Source: Basidiobolus ranarum (Eukaryota). Taken from it: a stretch of DNA of 34,156 nt. The stretch covers positions 1 through 34,156 of the forward strand of contig JASJQH010006943.1 of NCBI GenBank assembly GCA_040143965.1, given 5' to 3'. Made by a program: the position numbers and the translations under genes. Of the stretch, positions 1 through 11,871 are shown piece by piece (within the stretch, counting starts at the first letter, position 1; each line of letters begins with the position of its first letter). The notes under the pieces were generated by a model that saw only the letters and a list, made by a program, of their open reading frames with translations, was not told the origin of the DNA and made no database searches.

Positions 1-537
1 TATGCATCCATGTTTAAACAATCACCCTAATAAAACCATATATACATATATAACCTCGTTGAACGTACAAGTAGCGTGAAAATTAATAGCAGTTCTAACA
101 ACAATACATATTTAAAATGTTGAAATCTCGTAGCATGCTTTTTCTTATCAACTCTCACCACCTTCATAGAACTCAATACGATGATAATACTCACCATCAC
201 CTAATAGAAATATAGTATCATACCAGGCAGGTACTAAGACGATTGGACGTTCTCTTGAATAGGTGCTATTAAATAGCAAACACACCAGATATTAGCTAAT
301 TACTATGGAAATTAGAGAGTCTGGACAGTTGGGTATTAAGATATTTAGACTCTCACAACTATTCAATATACTTCAACTCACGCAACTATCAAACATAATT
401 AGACTCAGGATTGATTACCGTTCACCATCGAACTTCATCTTTATTTAGGATGGGAGGAAATGAAAAGGATTCAGTTAAAGTGAAGGACTAGTTAGTGTAG
501 TTGATATGTTTTAGAAAATGCAGATAGAATGGAACAA

Positions 538-801
538 TTATTCGCGCTCATGAGCACCAGCCTTAGAGTTCAAGTATTCATGGCGAGCAACTCCCCAAGT
601 GTACACGGTATAGAAAATGAGGGCACCTGGTGCGATCCAAGGAATTTGAGAAACGAATCTACGGTAAGTCTTGAAGAGACCATTCTTGAGGACACCAGCG
701 AAAGCGCGTTGCTCGTTAGGAGAAAGAGAGTAAGAAATGATACCACGTTGAGTGGGACCACCAAGGTGACCCCAGTTACCCATCCATTTACCACCGCCCA
801 T
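538..801 (-). CDS. QCR8: Cytochrome bc1 complex subunit 8 (UcrQ family), 87 aa
   Basis: MGGGKWMGNWGHLGGPTQRGIISYSLSPNEQRAFAG...YLNSKAG matches the Qcr8 signature (MGxWGxxGxPxQxGIxxYxLSPxxQ; YLNSKAG). ATG is at 801; the ORF track starts earlier at a TTG. Confidence 0.95.
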   Translation of the reverse strand: MGGGKWMGNWGHLGGPTQRGIISYSLSPNEQRAFAGVLKNGLFKTYRRFVSQIPWIAPGALIFYTVYTWGVARHEYLNSKAGAHERE

Positions 802-818
802 TTTATTCAATAGAAATC

Positions 819-873
819 CTGCAAGTAAGAGATTAGTTCACTTCTATAAGAAAATAAAGGGTGCTTCACTTAC
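819..873 (-). other. Predicted 55-nt U2 intron in the QCR8 5'UTR
   Basis: Minus strand reads GTAAGT...CTAAT (branch)...CTTACTTGCAG and ends 17 nt upstream of the ATG. Confidence 0.75.
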
Positions 874-1095
874 CAAGAAAGTTACAAAGATACAAGGAAA
901 CGGTTGTAAATTTCAGATATTAAGTCACTTTACATATTACCCCAAGAGAATTTGCATTTTTTTGATTATTTCCCCAATCATACAGATGTGAAATTCCCCC
1001 CACACCATTTACTCTTCATGGGTACACACTATCACTGATCCCATTATGAAAATCCCATTGGATAGCTAGTAAAAGGGGGTTACTTCGGTGACTTG

Positions 1096-1125
1096 GTAGG
1101 GTTAGGGTTAGAGTTAGAGCTAGAG
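1096..1125 (+). repeat. Degenerate telomere-like hexamer array in the QCR8/PAM17 divergent promoter
   Basis: GTAGGG TTAGGG TTAGAG TTAGAG CTAGAG, five units. Confidence 0.6.
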
Positions 1126-1296
1126 TGGAAATTGTTCGAAGAGTGAATGCATTTAAAATAGGAATAGTAATGTTCGAATCGTGAAAAAAATTGTTCACTC
1201 CAAGATCCTTCGCGTACCTACCTATATTTATACGCATAGTTTCTCAACTATCTCTTCACTTGATTATTATTTTTGGTTTAGAAGTAAGAAGAAAGG

Positions 1297-1982
1297 ATGA
1301 CTTTTCAAAGATTAACTTGTGTACGTACAACTTTACCTCGTATTCAAGGTATCTCCCTTGTAAAACGTACCTTTAACTCTGGTAGAACTCACTTTGAAAC
1401 TTTGAAAACTCCTAGTGAGAAACAACCCGAAACTTTATCAGAAACCGAACTTTCTTGGGAAGAATATTTTCAATTGAGACGTAACAGACGTACTAGAGAA
1501 AGACTCTCTTCTATTCCTACCACTATTGTTGGTGTGGGTTTAAGTAGTGCTTATTTCGCCTCTCTCGAAGTCGACCCAACTCAAACTATATTTGGGGTAG
1601 ATCCTTTGGTCATATATGCTGCTGGTGTAGTCGCTTCTGGTTTTGGTGGTTACTTGGTAGGCCCTTTGTTTGGTAACGGTTTATGGGGATTATTCCACCG
1701 TAACTTGGCCAGCAAGATGGATATTGTAAGTTTAACTCGATACTTGCTTCGAAATAATAGATAGATTAGCTAACTTTAGTACACTTTCTTATCTAGAGAG
1801 ATAAAGAATTTTATCAACGTATCAAGAAACATCGCTCTGACCCTTCCCTGAACTCTTTCAGAAATCCAGTGCCTGACTTTTACGGAGAAAAGATCAAATC
1901 CGTCAGTGACTATCGTTCTTGGTTACGTAAACAAAGAGAACATCAACGTAAAGCTACTTTCTTCTTAGGAAAAGATGAATAA
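1297..1982 (+). CDS. PAM17: Mitochondrial presequence translocase-associated motor subunit Pam17, 204 aa; exons 1297-1725 and 1797-1982
   Basis: Motifs LSWEEYFQLRR, IFGVDP and GYLVGPLFG. After the GTAAGT..GCTAAC..TAG intron the frame reads EFYQRIKKHRSDPSLNSFRNPVPDFYGEKIKSVSDYRSWLRKQ, the Pam17 C-terminal motif. Confidence 0.93.
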
Positions 1983-2242
1983 AATTCCCTTACAATCATC
2001 CCTTTTTCATTTGCACTCGCACTCGCACACCCATTTTTACTCGCTACCATCCCTATCAAAGTCCTCTTTCACATAAACAATCTCTGACAACTTTGGATTG
2101 AGTTATTCTGGGATTCTTTCATATATTTCTCACTTTTCTCCCCTTCTAGTATGTTGGAATGGAAAGAATCCAATGTAAACAATCATTAAAGTTCATTTTT
2201 AAAAAATCTTTCTTTTCTGAGTGTGGTGTTGGGAATGCAAAA

Positions 2243-3705
2243 TTAAAGATTAGGTGAGGGATTGGATTTATCTTCTAGGATGTCCTTGAAAGAGGTAGTG
2301 GCCGACCCTCTGGCTATAGGTTTGGGTTGAGTTGAGTCAGGCTTCCAGCCAATCTAGTACCCAGGGTTAGTCAGATGAAGTATGTATATATACGCATATA
2401 TTCACGCATATAGCGATCAACTTACCATGTAAATAATCTGAAATGTGGCTGGTATAGTGCCATCCGGATTTCCATACAATTCTAAATTCAATTTGGCTTA
2501 GATCGATTGATGTGGGAGTGGGGGTGGGGAATGGACGGGATAATTACCTTTGTAGATGGCGTGGGAGGCTAATAATGTATCTCTGTGTAGATAACCTCGG
2601 CTATTCATTACCGCATTGGATTCTCCCATGGCTTGAAGATCTTTCATGAGCTCCATTGGACTTGGGTAATTCACTACGATCTCATCAACATCCACTGTGG
2701 TTAGGTTAAATCCAGCACGGGAGAGAAGACTTCCAAGATCACGTGAATCTGGGAGGGGATGAATTGATTAACCAGAGCATCCATAGACTGTGGAAACAAA
2801 GAAAAACTAACCAGCCATAGGCGAAACATGAGGTGAAATACCACCTTCCCGTTCGAGTTCAGATAGTTGTAATGAAGTTCTATCCAAATTTACTTTCACC
2901 ATTAGTAAGGAGGGAATTGTTCAGAATTCAACCATCAAATCATACCTTAGTTCGTAGAGAGTATCTCCACCAAACATTGCACCAATGAATACACCATCTG
3001 GTTTTAAAGCACGACGTATCTGGATTAATGCACCAGGTAAGTCATTAACCCAATGAAGTGATAGACTGCTAACAACTGCTTCAAGTGAGTTCTCCTCAAA
3101 AGGCAACATTTCTTCATCGATCACTCTACGTTCCACTTCGACTAAAGGTTAAATAGTTAGGGCAACTTATATTTCACTCAACTCGATGAAAATCCAATCT
3201 TACCATCATATGTGATATCTGCATCTCTATGTAGCATATTCTCTATAGATAAATATCCGTTTGAATACTTGAAGTAAGGTGTAAAACATAACTCGCAGTC
3301 AAAGTACCTGAAAGTTCGCATTGAATCACTTTACTCGCGATATCTTCATCCAAATGTTTTACAACATGTCCACAACCAGAACCTATATCTACGATAGTGT
3401 GAAATCTTTTTTTGATGTCCTTTAAAGAGTAACACTTGAGTTTATGAAGCCAAAGAAATACGTAAATAAATGGAACTCACAAGTAAACGATCTACAACTC
3501 GAGAGGCAATCTCATCTTTTAAATAGTCCACTTCACGACTCTGAGATACGTTTAAAGCTGCTCTATCCCTTTGAATTCGTTTAACTTTACGGTCAAATAC
3601 TGTGGCTACATTATATTCGGTAGAATAAGCTAGTCGCTGACTAGTATTAATCCCATTTTTCTTTAAGAGTCCACTAAAAAGGGGTGAAAAATTCCTTGAA
3701 AACAT
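2243..3705 (-). CDS. NDUFAF5: NDUFAF5-like SAM-dependent complex I assembly factor, ~335 aa; exons 3481-3705, 3308-3419, 3204-3242, 2946-3141, 2812-2879, 2548-2748, 2426-2481, 2243-2353
   Basis: Motifs [37 protein letters not shown] (SAM motif I), [48 protein letters not shown]. Seven GT-AG introns give a continuous frame. Confidence 0.95.
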
Positions 3706-4590
3706 GTTGAGATATTGGTGGTGAGTACTTTAAACTATATGCATAAACTATCCCCTCTACGTTACGAATTTGAGGCACGGATTTCAAAGAATCGAATTTT
3801 TTACAATGAAAATTTGGCTCGTGGGGCGGGGCAACGCGGGGCTAGTTGAATCTATAGATCATGTGATTTGAGTTTATCACATGTAACTCTATGATTGTGG
3901 CATTAAGGTTTATTACTGTTGCTGTTGTGATAGAACATGCATCCTTGTAGTTGGGAGATCAGTAAGTGAGGTCAGAATGTAGATCCCATAAGTGAGGTTA
4001 TGTAGATTCAGTTCAGGATTTGGTAAATGAGAGTTACGCGAATAGTCAACGTAACCCTGGACGATCTACTTTGTAACAGTAATTCACAGAACAATTCAAC
4101 TAATTGAAGAAGGATCATTGCCGATCAAGGAGGTGGCTCAACTCCGCAACATTAAGTGGTTTCCTACCCTAGGTGAACCCTAAATCTTTGGATAAATGGA
4201 GATTGTGCCTAAGAAACTGGAGATGTCACCTCCAATACATTGTTTAAGACATACAATTGGACAACAGAGCTTCGCTAGCAGTTGTAAGATAGTGATGAAG
4301 ACAAAGGATTCAGGGGAGATAAATCAGTTTGAATGAATGCTCAGGTAAGGTCCAAAAGGTAAGACATGCAAAAAGATGTAAACAAAGGAGAGGTGGTGAA
4401 AGGGTGGAAGGATTCCAAACGAATATGCTTGGCTACCTTCTATCTGCATGTTTCGCGTAAACTGATATTTGGTTTGGTGGGATTCATTCTTTTCAGCGTC
4501 ACGTGCACTCCTGAATTGTCACTATTTAAGTGGATTCAGTATTCTGGTTAGAACTTCATCGCACATCTACTCATTCTTGCCTCACATACA

Positions 4591-5467
4591 ATGGGTTCAG
4601 CACCAGGCGAAATTGTTACGCCCTTGCCATTACTGTATCAGTCATTCATCTCTATGGCCATTACCTCGATGGTAACTGCCATATTTCTAAGCAACGTTTA
4701 TTACTCTACCAAGATGCTGCTAATTAGCTACAAGAAGCCCATCTTTCAGCTGTGCTTTATTCAATCGATACTGGGTGCAATTACCAATCTTGTACTATTA
4801 ATCACCTTTTTCTACTTCGATGCGGGATGTTCTTTTCGTGTCTATTTTGCTGCCACATTGAACTTGATCTCAATGACTTGTATCGATTTAATCATGCTGA
4901 ATAAGGCTTACTACTGTCAGAGCCGATCAAACTGGGTCCTAGGGATTGGTGTGACTGCACAAGCAGCCAGATTTGTTGCTGGTGGCGTCAACATTGGATT
5001 CACAGGAGTGTTTGTGACTTCACTCTACGGTTGTGGAAGTATCATCAACACCGTAACTGCAATCACTGTGATAGCCACCGAATTCTTCTTGAATCTTTTT
5101 CTTTCCATTTGCTTTATCTCCTCGGTTTATGGTCGCTGGAAGGTCGTCAAAACCAGGCTCCATTCTGCATTACTTACAGATGGGTTGATCTACTTTCTGT
5201 CCACCTCCATTACAAGCATAACTATAGTAATTCTAGTGCTACTTCAAGTACTCGGCGATAACTCTCCTATATTGTTTAATATAAGCTGTAAGTGCATTCA
5301 TTGATACTTGCTTTGATTTCGTTCCTAACCCTTAAACTCATATAGGGGCAGTTGCATCTAAATTGATGGTGGAGCAGCTCAAGCACGCAAGTCACATTGG
5401 CAAAGAACTTGCCAAAGGACCCAGTCATAGTAATCAGCAAGAGAAAACACCAATAACCATGTCTTAA
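4591..5467 (+). CDS. Seven-transmembrane, GPCR-like membrane protein, ~272 aa; exons 4591-5287 and 5346-5467
   Basis: Seven hydrophobic segments by eye. Cys at the top of TM3 (DAGC) and in the TM4-5 loop (YGC), and LLTDGLIYF before TM6. The GTAAGT..CTAAC..TAG intron 5288-5345 completes TM7 (ISWAVASKLM). Confidence 0.75.
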
Positions 5468-5602
5468 ACAAAATTTATTGATCCATCTATAATATGGTTG
5501 GCGACTTGGATACTCTTTTTATACTAGTAAATGTACATATGTAATAAATCTAGTCCCTCCATAACAGTGATCCTGATTCTGACATAGGCCTTGATCAAAC
5601 CA

Positions 5603-8600
5603 CTAAAACCCACCAAACATTTGATATCGCATCAATTGCACAGGATTAGTGGATGCCTTGACAGTCTTTAGTGCTGACTTGAAATCCTCTTGCTTCACTA
5701 TTAGCTATATTGAATAAGGTACTTGAGTAAACAGCACATTGTTCATACTATTGTGGTTGAGCATCCTACCTGTGAAGTACCACTAGTTCGGGATCGTTTC
5801 AGTGCATGAATACCAGCCTGCCTAGCCACAGCTGATAAATCAGCACCAGTATAACTGCTGGTCATTCCAGCTAGATCTTCAAACGAGAAACTCTCTTCTA
5901 ATGGGAATTTACGCAGATGTATGCGAAGAATATTGGCGCGCTCTTCAAGGTTTGGTGGGGGCACATAGACAAGACGATCCAATCGACCTAGATACGGTAC
6001 GGAATTAAAAAACGAAAAAAGAGAAAGAATTCACATTGGAATTACCTGGTCTTAAGATGCTCTTATCTATGCTTTCCGGATGATTGGTGGCTGCTAAAAT
6101 GACTACACCATTCTCAACAGCATTGAGTTCGTCCAATTCTAACAGTAATTGAGAAATCAACTAGACAAAAAACCTGAGTAAATTCATTCCATTGATCCAG
6201 ATGCAATTAAGATACATACTTTCTTTCCTAGATTTCCTGCTGATTCACGCTTTCCAAACAAAGCCTCTAATTCATCCAGAAAAACAATGCATGGACTACA
6301 TCTTTTGGCCACCCGGAAGATGTTTGCCAATGCCTTTTCCGACTCTCCGATTTCACTCTTGATGAGATCGGGGATTAGAACAGGCAGGAAATTGGCCGAT
6401 GATTCAGTAGCCACAGCTTTGGCGAGTAAGGTCTTACCAGTGCCGGGTGGGCCATATCTACATATGACTATCTTGTTAGGATGTCGCTTAGTTGAAGGTA
6501 GTTGCTCCTTTCTTTGACTTACAGTAATATTCCACGGGATGGTCGTATTCCCAATCTTCTAAATGCGTCGGCATGCTTGTAGAGCCATATGACAGACTCC
6601 TCCAATGCGCTCTATAAAATGCCCGCTCAATAGTCTGGTCTGAGTTGAAGTGTGTGCATACCTATATCTACCTTGACCTGGCCAAGTCCACCAATATCCG
6701 ACCAAAGCACTGGCTCGATCTTACGAATACTACTATGCTCCCGAAGAGTGTTAATTTTGATGGCATCCATCAATGGAAGAAATTCGTTTGCTGATAAAAT
6801 ATGATCTACATATAAAAGGATTTTCAGTTTTAAGCAGGGAGCGGTTTGTATTCTAATGCGAGACATACTTGAATTTCTGGAGAATTTCGCCTTCGCCAAA
6901 CTGCATAATAGCTCGATATCTACTGCGATATAACCATGGCATTTGTCCGAAACTGACTTGATAACAGTATCGGGGACATTGATGTCCTTCGAACATGCTT
7001 CAAAAATATGGATGCGTTGCTCAGGTGTGGGTATATCCAATACAATTTCATCCTGGGGATTTGAGCGTTACGATAAACGGAATCAATACAATATTCATCA
7101 AAAAAATACCTGGAAATGCTTGCGCAGAGTATGGTCAACGTCAACTAGAGATTCTGCAGTTCCGACCTGGATCATGCAACTCCAATGATTAGTATGTTCA
7201 CTCTAAAAACAAATACAACACTGGGCTTACAAGCAGCACCCTGTGCTCTTTGGACTGTAGTTCGTTTAATATATCAAGAAGATAGTGGTTAAGCGATTCA
7301 CTGGTTTCCGAACTGGAAAATAGCGTCTCAATATTATCAAAGACAACTGTTAATGAAAAGAAATCGCTCGTTATGCTTTCCAATATTAAATGCAATAGAA
7401 AGAGCCTCTTACGAGTAGTTGGTTCCATTTTCACAGCAGTTTCAAAATATTCCCGTATTCCTTTGCCAAATTTTCCTGGATATTTTGTAGACAAGTCGCC
7501 TAGATTTACAGTGAGAACCTGAAGATAGGAATACTAAGTATCAGGTGCTGTGGTGCTAATTTCAAACGAAGACTTACTTTGGAACCGTAATAGTTGGATA
7601 GGTTTTCTATCAAATGAGTCTTTCCTTCAATAAGAAGGTATTTTAGCTCTGCTCTTTCATGATATATATCAACTTATTTGGTGTTTACCGATTCCAGATG
7701 TACCAATTAATAGGAAGTTATTTGGCACCAATACTCCATAATTTTTGCAAGGAGTACGATTTTCAAAAGCAAGAGAAAAGAGTTGTTGCATTCTGAAAAG
7801 AAGATAGTTTAGTTCGCTCTCTACGAGTACTTCAATCTTGAAAGGAATAACCTACCTATTTCCTTCATCTCCATAACAACTAATTAAATTTCCCAGGGTT
7901 TTACGCTCTTGAACGAATTTCCCCTCAATGGATTTCTCAATTGAGATCAGGCTGGTTTGTTCATTGACTATCCCCCATTCATCGCCAGATCCAGTACATT
8001 CACACCGAAATAGATGTTGCTTTCCGTTTCTTAATTGTATTTGAACAGTGTCCCCATTTCGTAAGATTACGCCGGACATTTGCTGAATAATGCGTGAAAA
8101 AGTCAAGGAAAATCATCATTTTCGAAACATGCTTTGATTGCAAATCTTTAGAAAGGATATAATAAGAACTGGGAAGTAATTTAAAATTCGCCAGTGGTGT
8201 CTCTGGCATTATCTCCATTCTCTCCCATCGACGTATAGAACTTAAGGATAATAGAGTGACCTCAACCTAGTGTAATGTCCAAAATCGGTCAACTTTAAGG
8301 AATTCCACTCTTATTCGAGTTTGCTCAAGTATTATCTTGCAAGAAAACGAGAATTGATAATATAACCACCTTACCTCCTCCTCTTCCTCTAATTTGAATT
8401 CCATTATTTGTTCATTTGATAACCACAATGTAGGACCCTCCTTCTTAACTTCTTTAGCGACGCGATTTTTCATGGGCGACCATTCTGGTCCAGAATTCTT
8501 ATCTAAATAACTATCGGACCATAGCTCGAACAGTCCTTGGATTTCTTGGGAACCTATTTTTATCATGGCGCGCACATTTGAATTACCCGAGTATGTTTCT

Positions 8601-8698
8601 AGTGCAATAAACCCTGGACCATTTACATATATTATTTCTTTCCTCTCGGAGCAAAGGGAGGTTCTATTCGAATGTTTTCTTGTTTTGAAAAGCACCAT
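5603..8698 (-). CDS. Type II (two-ring) AAA+ ATPase, CDC48/AFG2(SPATA5)-like, ~725 aa; 15 exons: 8375-8698, 8161-8266, 7856-8093, 7689-7792, 7578-7624, 7413-7518, 7231-7346, 7110-7166, 6869-7052, 6672-6805, 6523-6611, 6220-6457, 6046-6160, 5770-5987, 5603-5704
   Basis: D2: [65 protein letters not shown]. D1: GTSGIGKT and LVFDNIE. Exon lengths sum to 2178 nt (in frame). The exact orthologue is not certain. Confidence 0.85.
8094..8160 (-). other. U12-type (minor spliceosome) AT-AC intron, 67 nt, intron 2 of the AAA ATPase
   Basis: Minus strand: exon ..TCT TAT T | ATATCCTTTC ... TTCCTTGAC TTTTTCAC | GC ATT ATT CAG. The phase-1 join links two ORF-track fragments (..LLPSSY-C-IIQQMSG..). Confidence 0.88.
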
Positions 8699-9099
8699 TG
8701 AGAATAAGTACTGAATAAATTACCCACTAATACTACTTGGTCTTCCAAACTTCAACTTTGCCTCACCCAACACTTTACCCAATAATTCGAACGGAAAAAA
8801 AAGGATTGTTTAAGTGAGGTTTGGTTAAAAATTGGATTAAACTAATTTCGAAATTCAACAATGTGTTAGATTCTCTTCAACATAGATGCAGTCCTCTCCC
8901 CTAATTCAACCAGAGTGTATGCACATCTCCTGAATTCGTATAGACGTTTATATTTAAACTTCAATTTAAACGAATTGAATTTGAAAAAAAAACTGTGAAA
9001 TGTTTAAGGAAGCATGATATATTATCATGCACACTCGACTTGTTCCTGCTCATTTTCGCCCATCTAACATAACGGACCTCCGCGTTTGTTTATTTTATC

Positions 9100-10983
9100 A
9101 TGGGTTCAGTAATTCCTGATATTCCTGGGCGTCCAGTAGAACGTGAATTAGAGCAACAGCTTCGTCAAGAAGTTGGTAAGCTACTAGGTGCAAGCCCTCA
9201 AAGGTAATAACCCTTCGTAAAGAATATATCTTGAACGAATCTAAATGAGAGAAACAGAAATACCCACCTCATCCATAAGCTTATGCTATACTACTGACGA
9301 AATATTTTCTCTTTCTCTTATAGATTCCCAGGTATTTTTTAGAAATATGATAGAATATTACGTTTAGATGTACGTAAAGACAAGTCGAATTAATCACGTA
9401 GTCCATTTGACTTTCCAATAGGTGCTCAACCAATCAGTTTTGGAAATGAACATTTATACCAACTAGAGCGTGAAGAGTGAGTGTTGAACCTTTGTTCTTT
9501 CACCTTTTTGAAAGAAATAAAATAAGCCACCTTTCTAACAGTTGGTCACTTAACTTTTACCTAGTTATTTCGTATGTGAGAAATCAGACGGCGTAAGGTG
9601 CTTGATATATATGCGAATCAACTCACAAAAACAACCCGAAACCTTTCTAGTGTGTTAAGGAAATCATTTCAAGCGACTCTTTTCGATCCTTATTACTTAC
9701 GTTTCTCCTCGAAATACTCTATTAGATCGATCGAAAGAACAAATATCGTTTGGTACGCGAGCTAAAATTCCCAATTCCGGACGATAGTACCTTCACGAAA
9801 TTCCATCATCAAACCATCATTGATGGTGAGATCATACTCGATAAAGAGGATGACGGCAAGGTTGAATTCCTTGAATCGTTACCTTGTTGGAGAGAATGTA
9901 AAATGCTAACCTTGACTCCTTCCACAGATAACACCCAGATTCTTGGCATTTGATTTGCTGGCTATTGCTGGAAAGGCCGTTATTGATAAACCATTCAGTA
10001 AGCGATTAGGGGTCAGTAGGATGTATTCATGAACTTTACGAACTTGGGGAGTAAACTCAATATTTCTTAGTATCTGAGGAACCATGTCTGTGGTCCGTTC
10101 AATCACATGCTAAAGAAAGACCCAAATCTGTCCAGATTTATGCCCTTCACGTAAGCTTTCTATTGTGGTTTTTTGTCAAGCAAACATTCACCCATTGGCC
10201 ATGTAGAGTTGAAGCCAAGAAGATGGAGCGCTCATATGGACTCGAGATGATCCTCAAAGTAGAAGTACCAAAACTCAAACACGAGAGTGATGGTTTGATT
10301 TTCACTGGAGTCGATGCTGACTATCACATTGGAACGTGTGAAAAGATGTAAGAACCAACGCTCTTTCCCTTCTTGTCACAGATCATTGATATCGCAACCT
10401 TTACTCATCGATTTCCTCCAAAGGCTCAAATGGAAACCTCCTAATGAGAACTCAATTGACTTCAAATTGGTTGTGGAGCCTCAAGGAAATGGAAAGCCCA
10501 ACTTCAACTTGCACGTTTGGAAGGGCGGTCGTGAATATGAATTTTTCGCACAACTCGGACTTACCGATGATGAGTGGATTAGGTATGTTAATGATCTATA
10601 GTGAGCCATAGTATTCGAATGAATCGGTGAACTCTTTGTCGATACACATTTAGGTTCCGTAACAATCGTACAAAACTGGACGGTAGAATTGTGGAAGTCA
10701 CGTATGATGAAACACACCTACCACCTTACAAATGGAAATTTTTACGATTTCGAGATGATAAACTTCACGGTAATCATAACTCGGTGGTAGAGAAGATTGT
10801 GAAAAGTATTGAGGATGGTGTGGAAAGTGAAACGGTAATGTTGTATTTCACGTGAATGTACGTTCACTCGTTCGTCCATTCTAACCATGATTCCTCTTTT
10901 AGCTTATCGAACATTGTCCCGCGATACGCTCTGCCTGGAAAGCGCGTGAAAGTGCTCGTGAAAGTAAAAACAAATATAATTAA
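9100..10983 (+). CDS. CEG1: mRNA capping enzyme guanylyltransferase, ~370 aa; exons 9100-9203, 9324-9331, 9422-9476, 9565-9649, 9726-9860, 9928-10011, 10071-10150, 10207-10347, 10424-10582, 10654-10834, 10903-10983
   Basis: Motifs FPGAQPISF, YFVCEKSDGVR (KxDG motif I), IDRKN, IDGEI, FLAFDL, HESDGLIFT, LKWKPPNENSIDF, WKFLRFRDDK and AWKARE. Confidence 0.95.
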
Positions 10984-11871
10984 TCATGATTGCCAAAAGC
11001 CCATCTTCTCGTAATAAATATTTTTCATGTAAAATTGTCGAGAATTCTTATTCCAAATCAGCATTAGAGTTAGGGATGTTTAAGTAGAACCCGATTTATT
11101 GGACATGGTTTAAGATATTGATTAAGATATACGAGATGAATTTGAATTACTATTCAGACAGGATAGTCAGTTAACGGTCTCTTTCCAGGGTTTAACCTTG
11201 CCAGTGTTTCCTCGAGAACTAAACATCAATATTACAGCGAAAACATTAAGGAGAAGTAATCTTCGAGCGCTCAAGGTGTACTGAAGGGTAGAGTTCATTT
11301 AATAACGTTCAAGAGAAAGAGCTGACAATTCCTCTTGAGTTAATTTATACCTACAACGGACCCACGAATACTCTTCAGAAACCAATGTAAGTATTGATTA
11401 ATTCAATAACTGGTTTATGCTGAATGACTTCGCATGTGGTTTAAATGAATCCAGGTTTCGGAATACTAATCCCAACCAATATTCCTTATTTGGGACTTGG
11501 GTTTGAGCTTGAGCTTTGTAATTTACTCTTATAGAAAATGGATTGAAAAGGTAATATGTGATTGAATTTTATCCAATCAACATATTGTTTGTTAACCACG
11601 AAAAAGTCCACCTATGACGACATGAATTCCCTAATTCACTGGAACAGAATTAAAAATATTATATGGACTTTACTTGATCAAGAAAGCCATGTGGTCTTGG
11701 AACCAATAAAGTTATCCTGAAAAAGGTAGGATTTTACGCGCTTAAAAAGAATCTTCTACAGTTGAAAAGAAATTCTAAAGAAAATCTAGTCTTGACATTC
11801 TTTCACCATTTAAAAACTCTGATTACGTCAAGAGAGAAGGATCACCTTCACTTTCAATCTTTAGAGCAAAT

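Noticed and set aside
529-813. Antisense 94-aa ORF over QCR8, and similar shadow ORFs over the GPI protein and eEF3
   Set aside because: These are opposite-strand or off-frame shadows of well-supported genes.
6806-7412. Stop-free in-frame introns (6806-6868, 7347-7412) as coding insertions
   Set aside because: Both have canonical GT-AG ends and typical length, and retaining 7347-7412 would disrupt the Walker B strand. Treated as introns.
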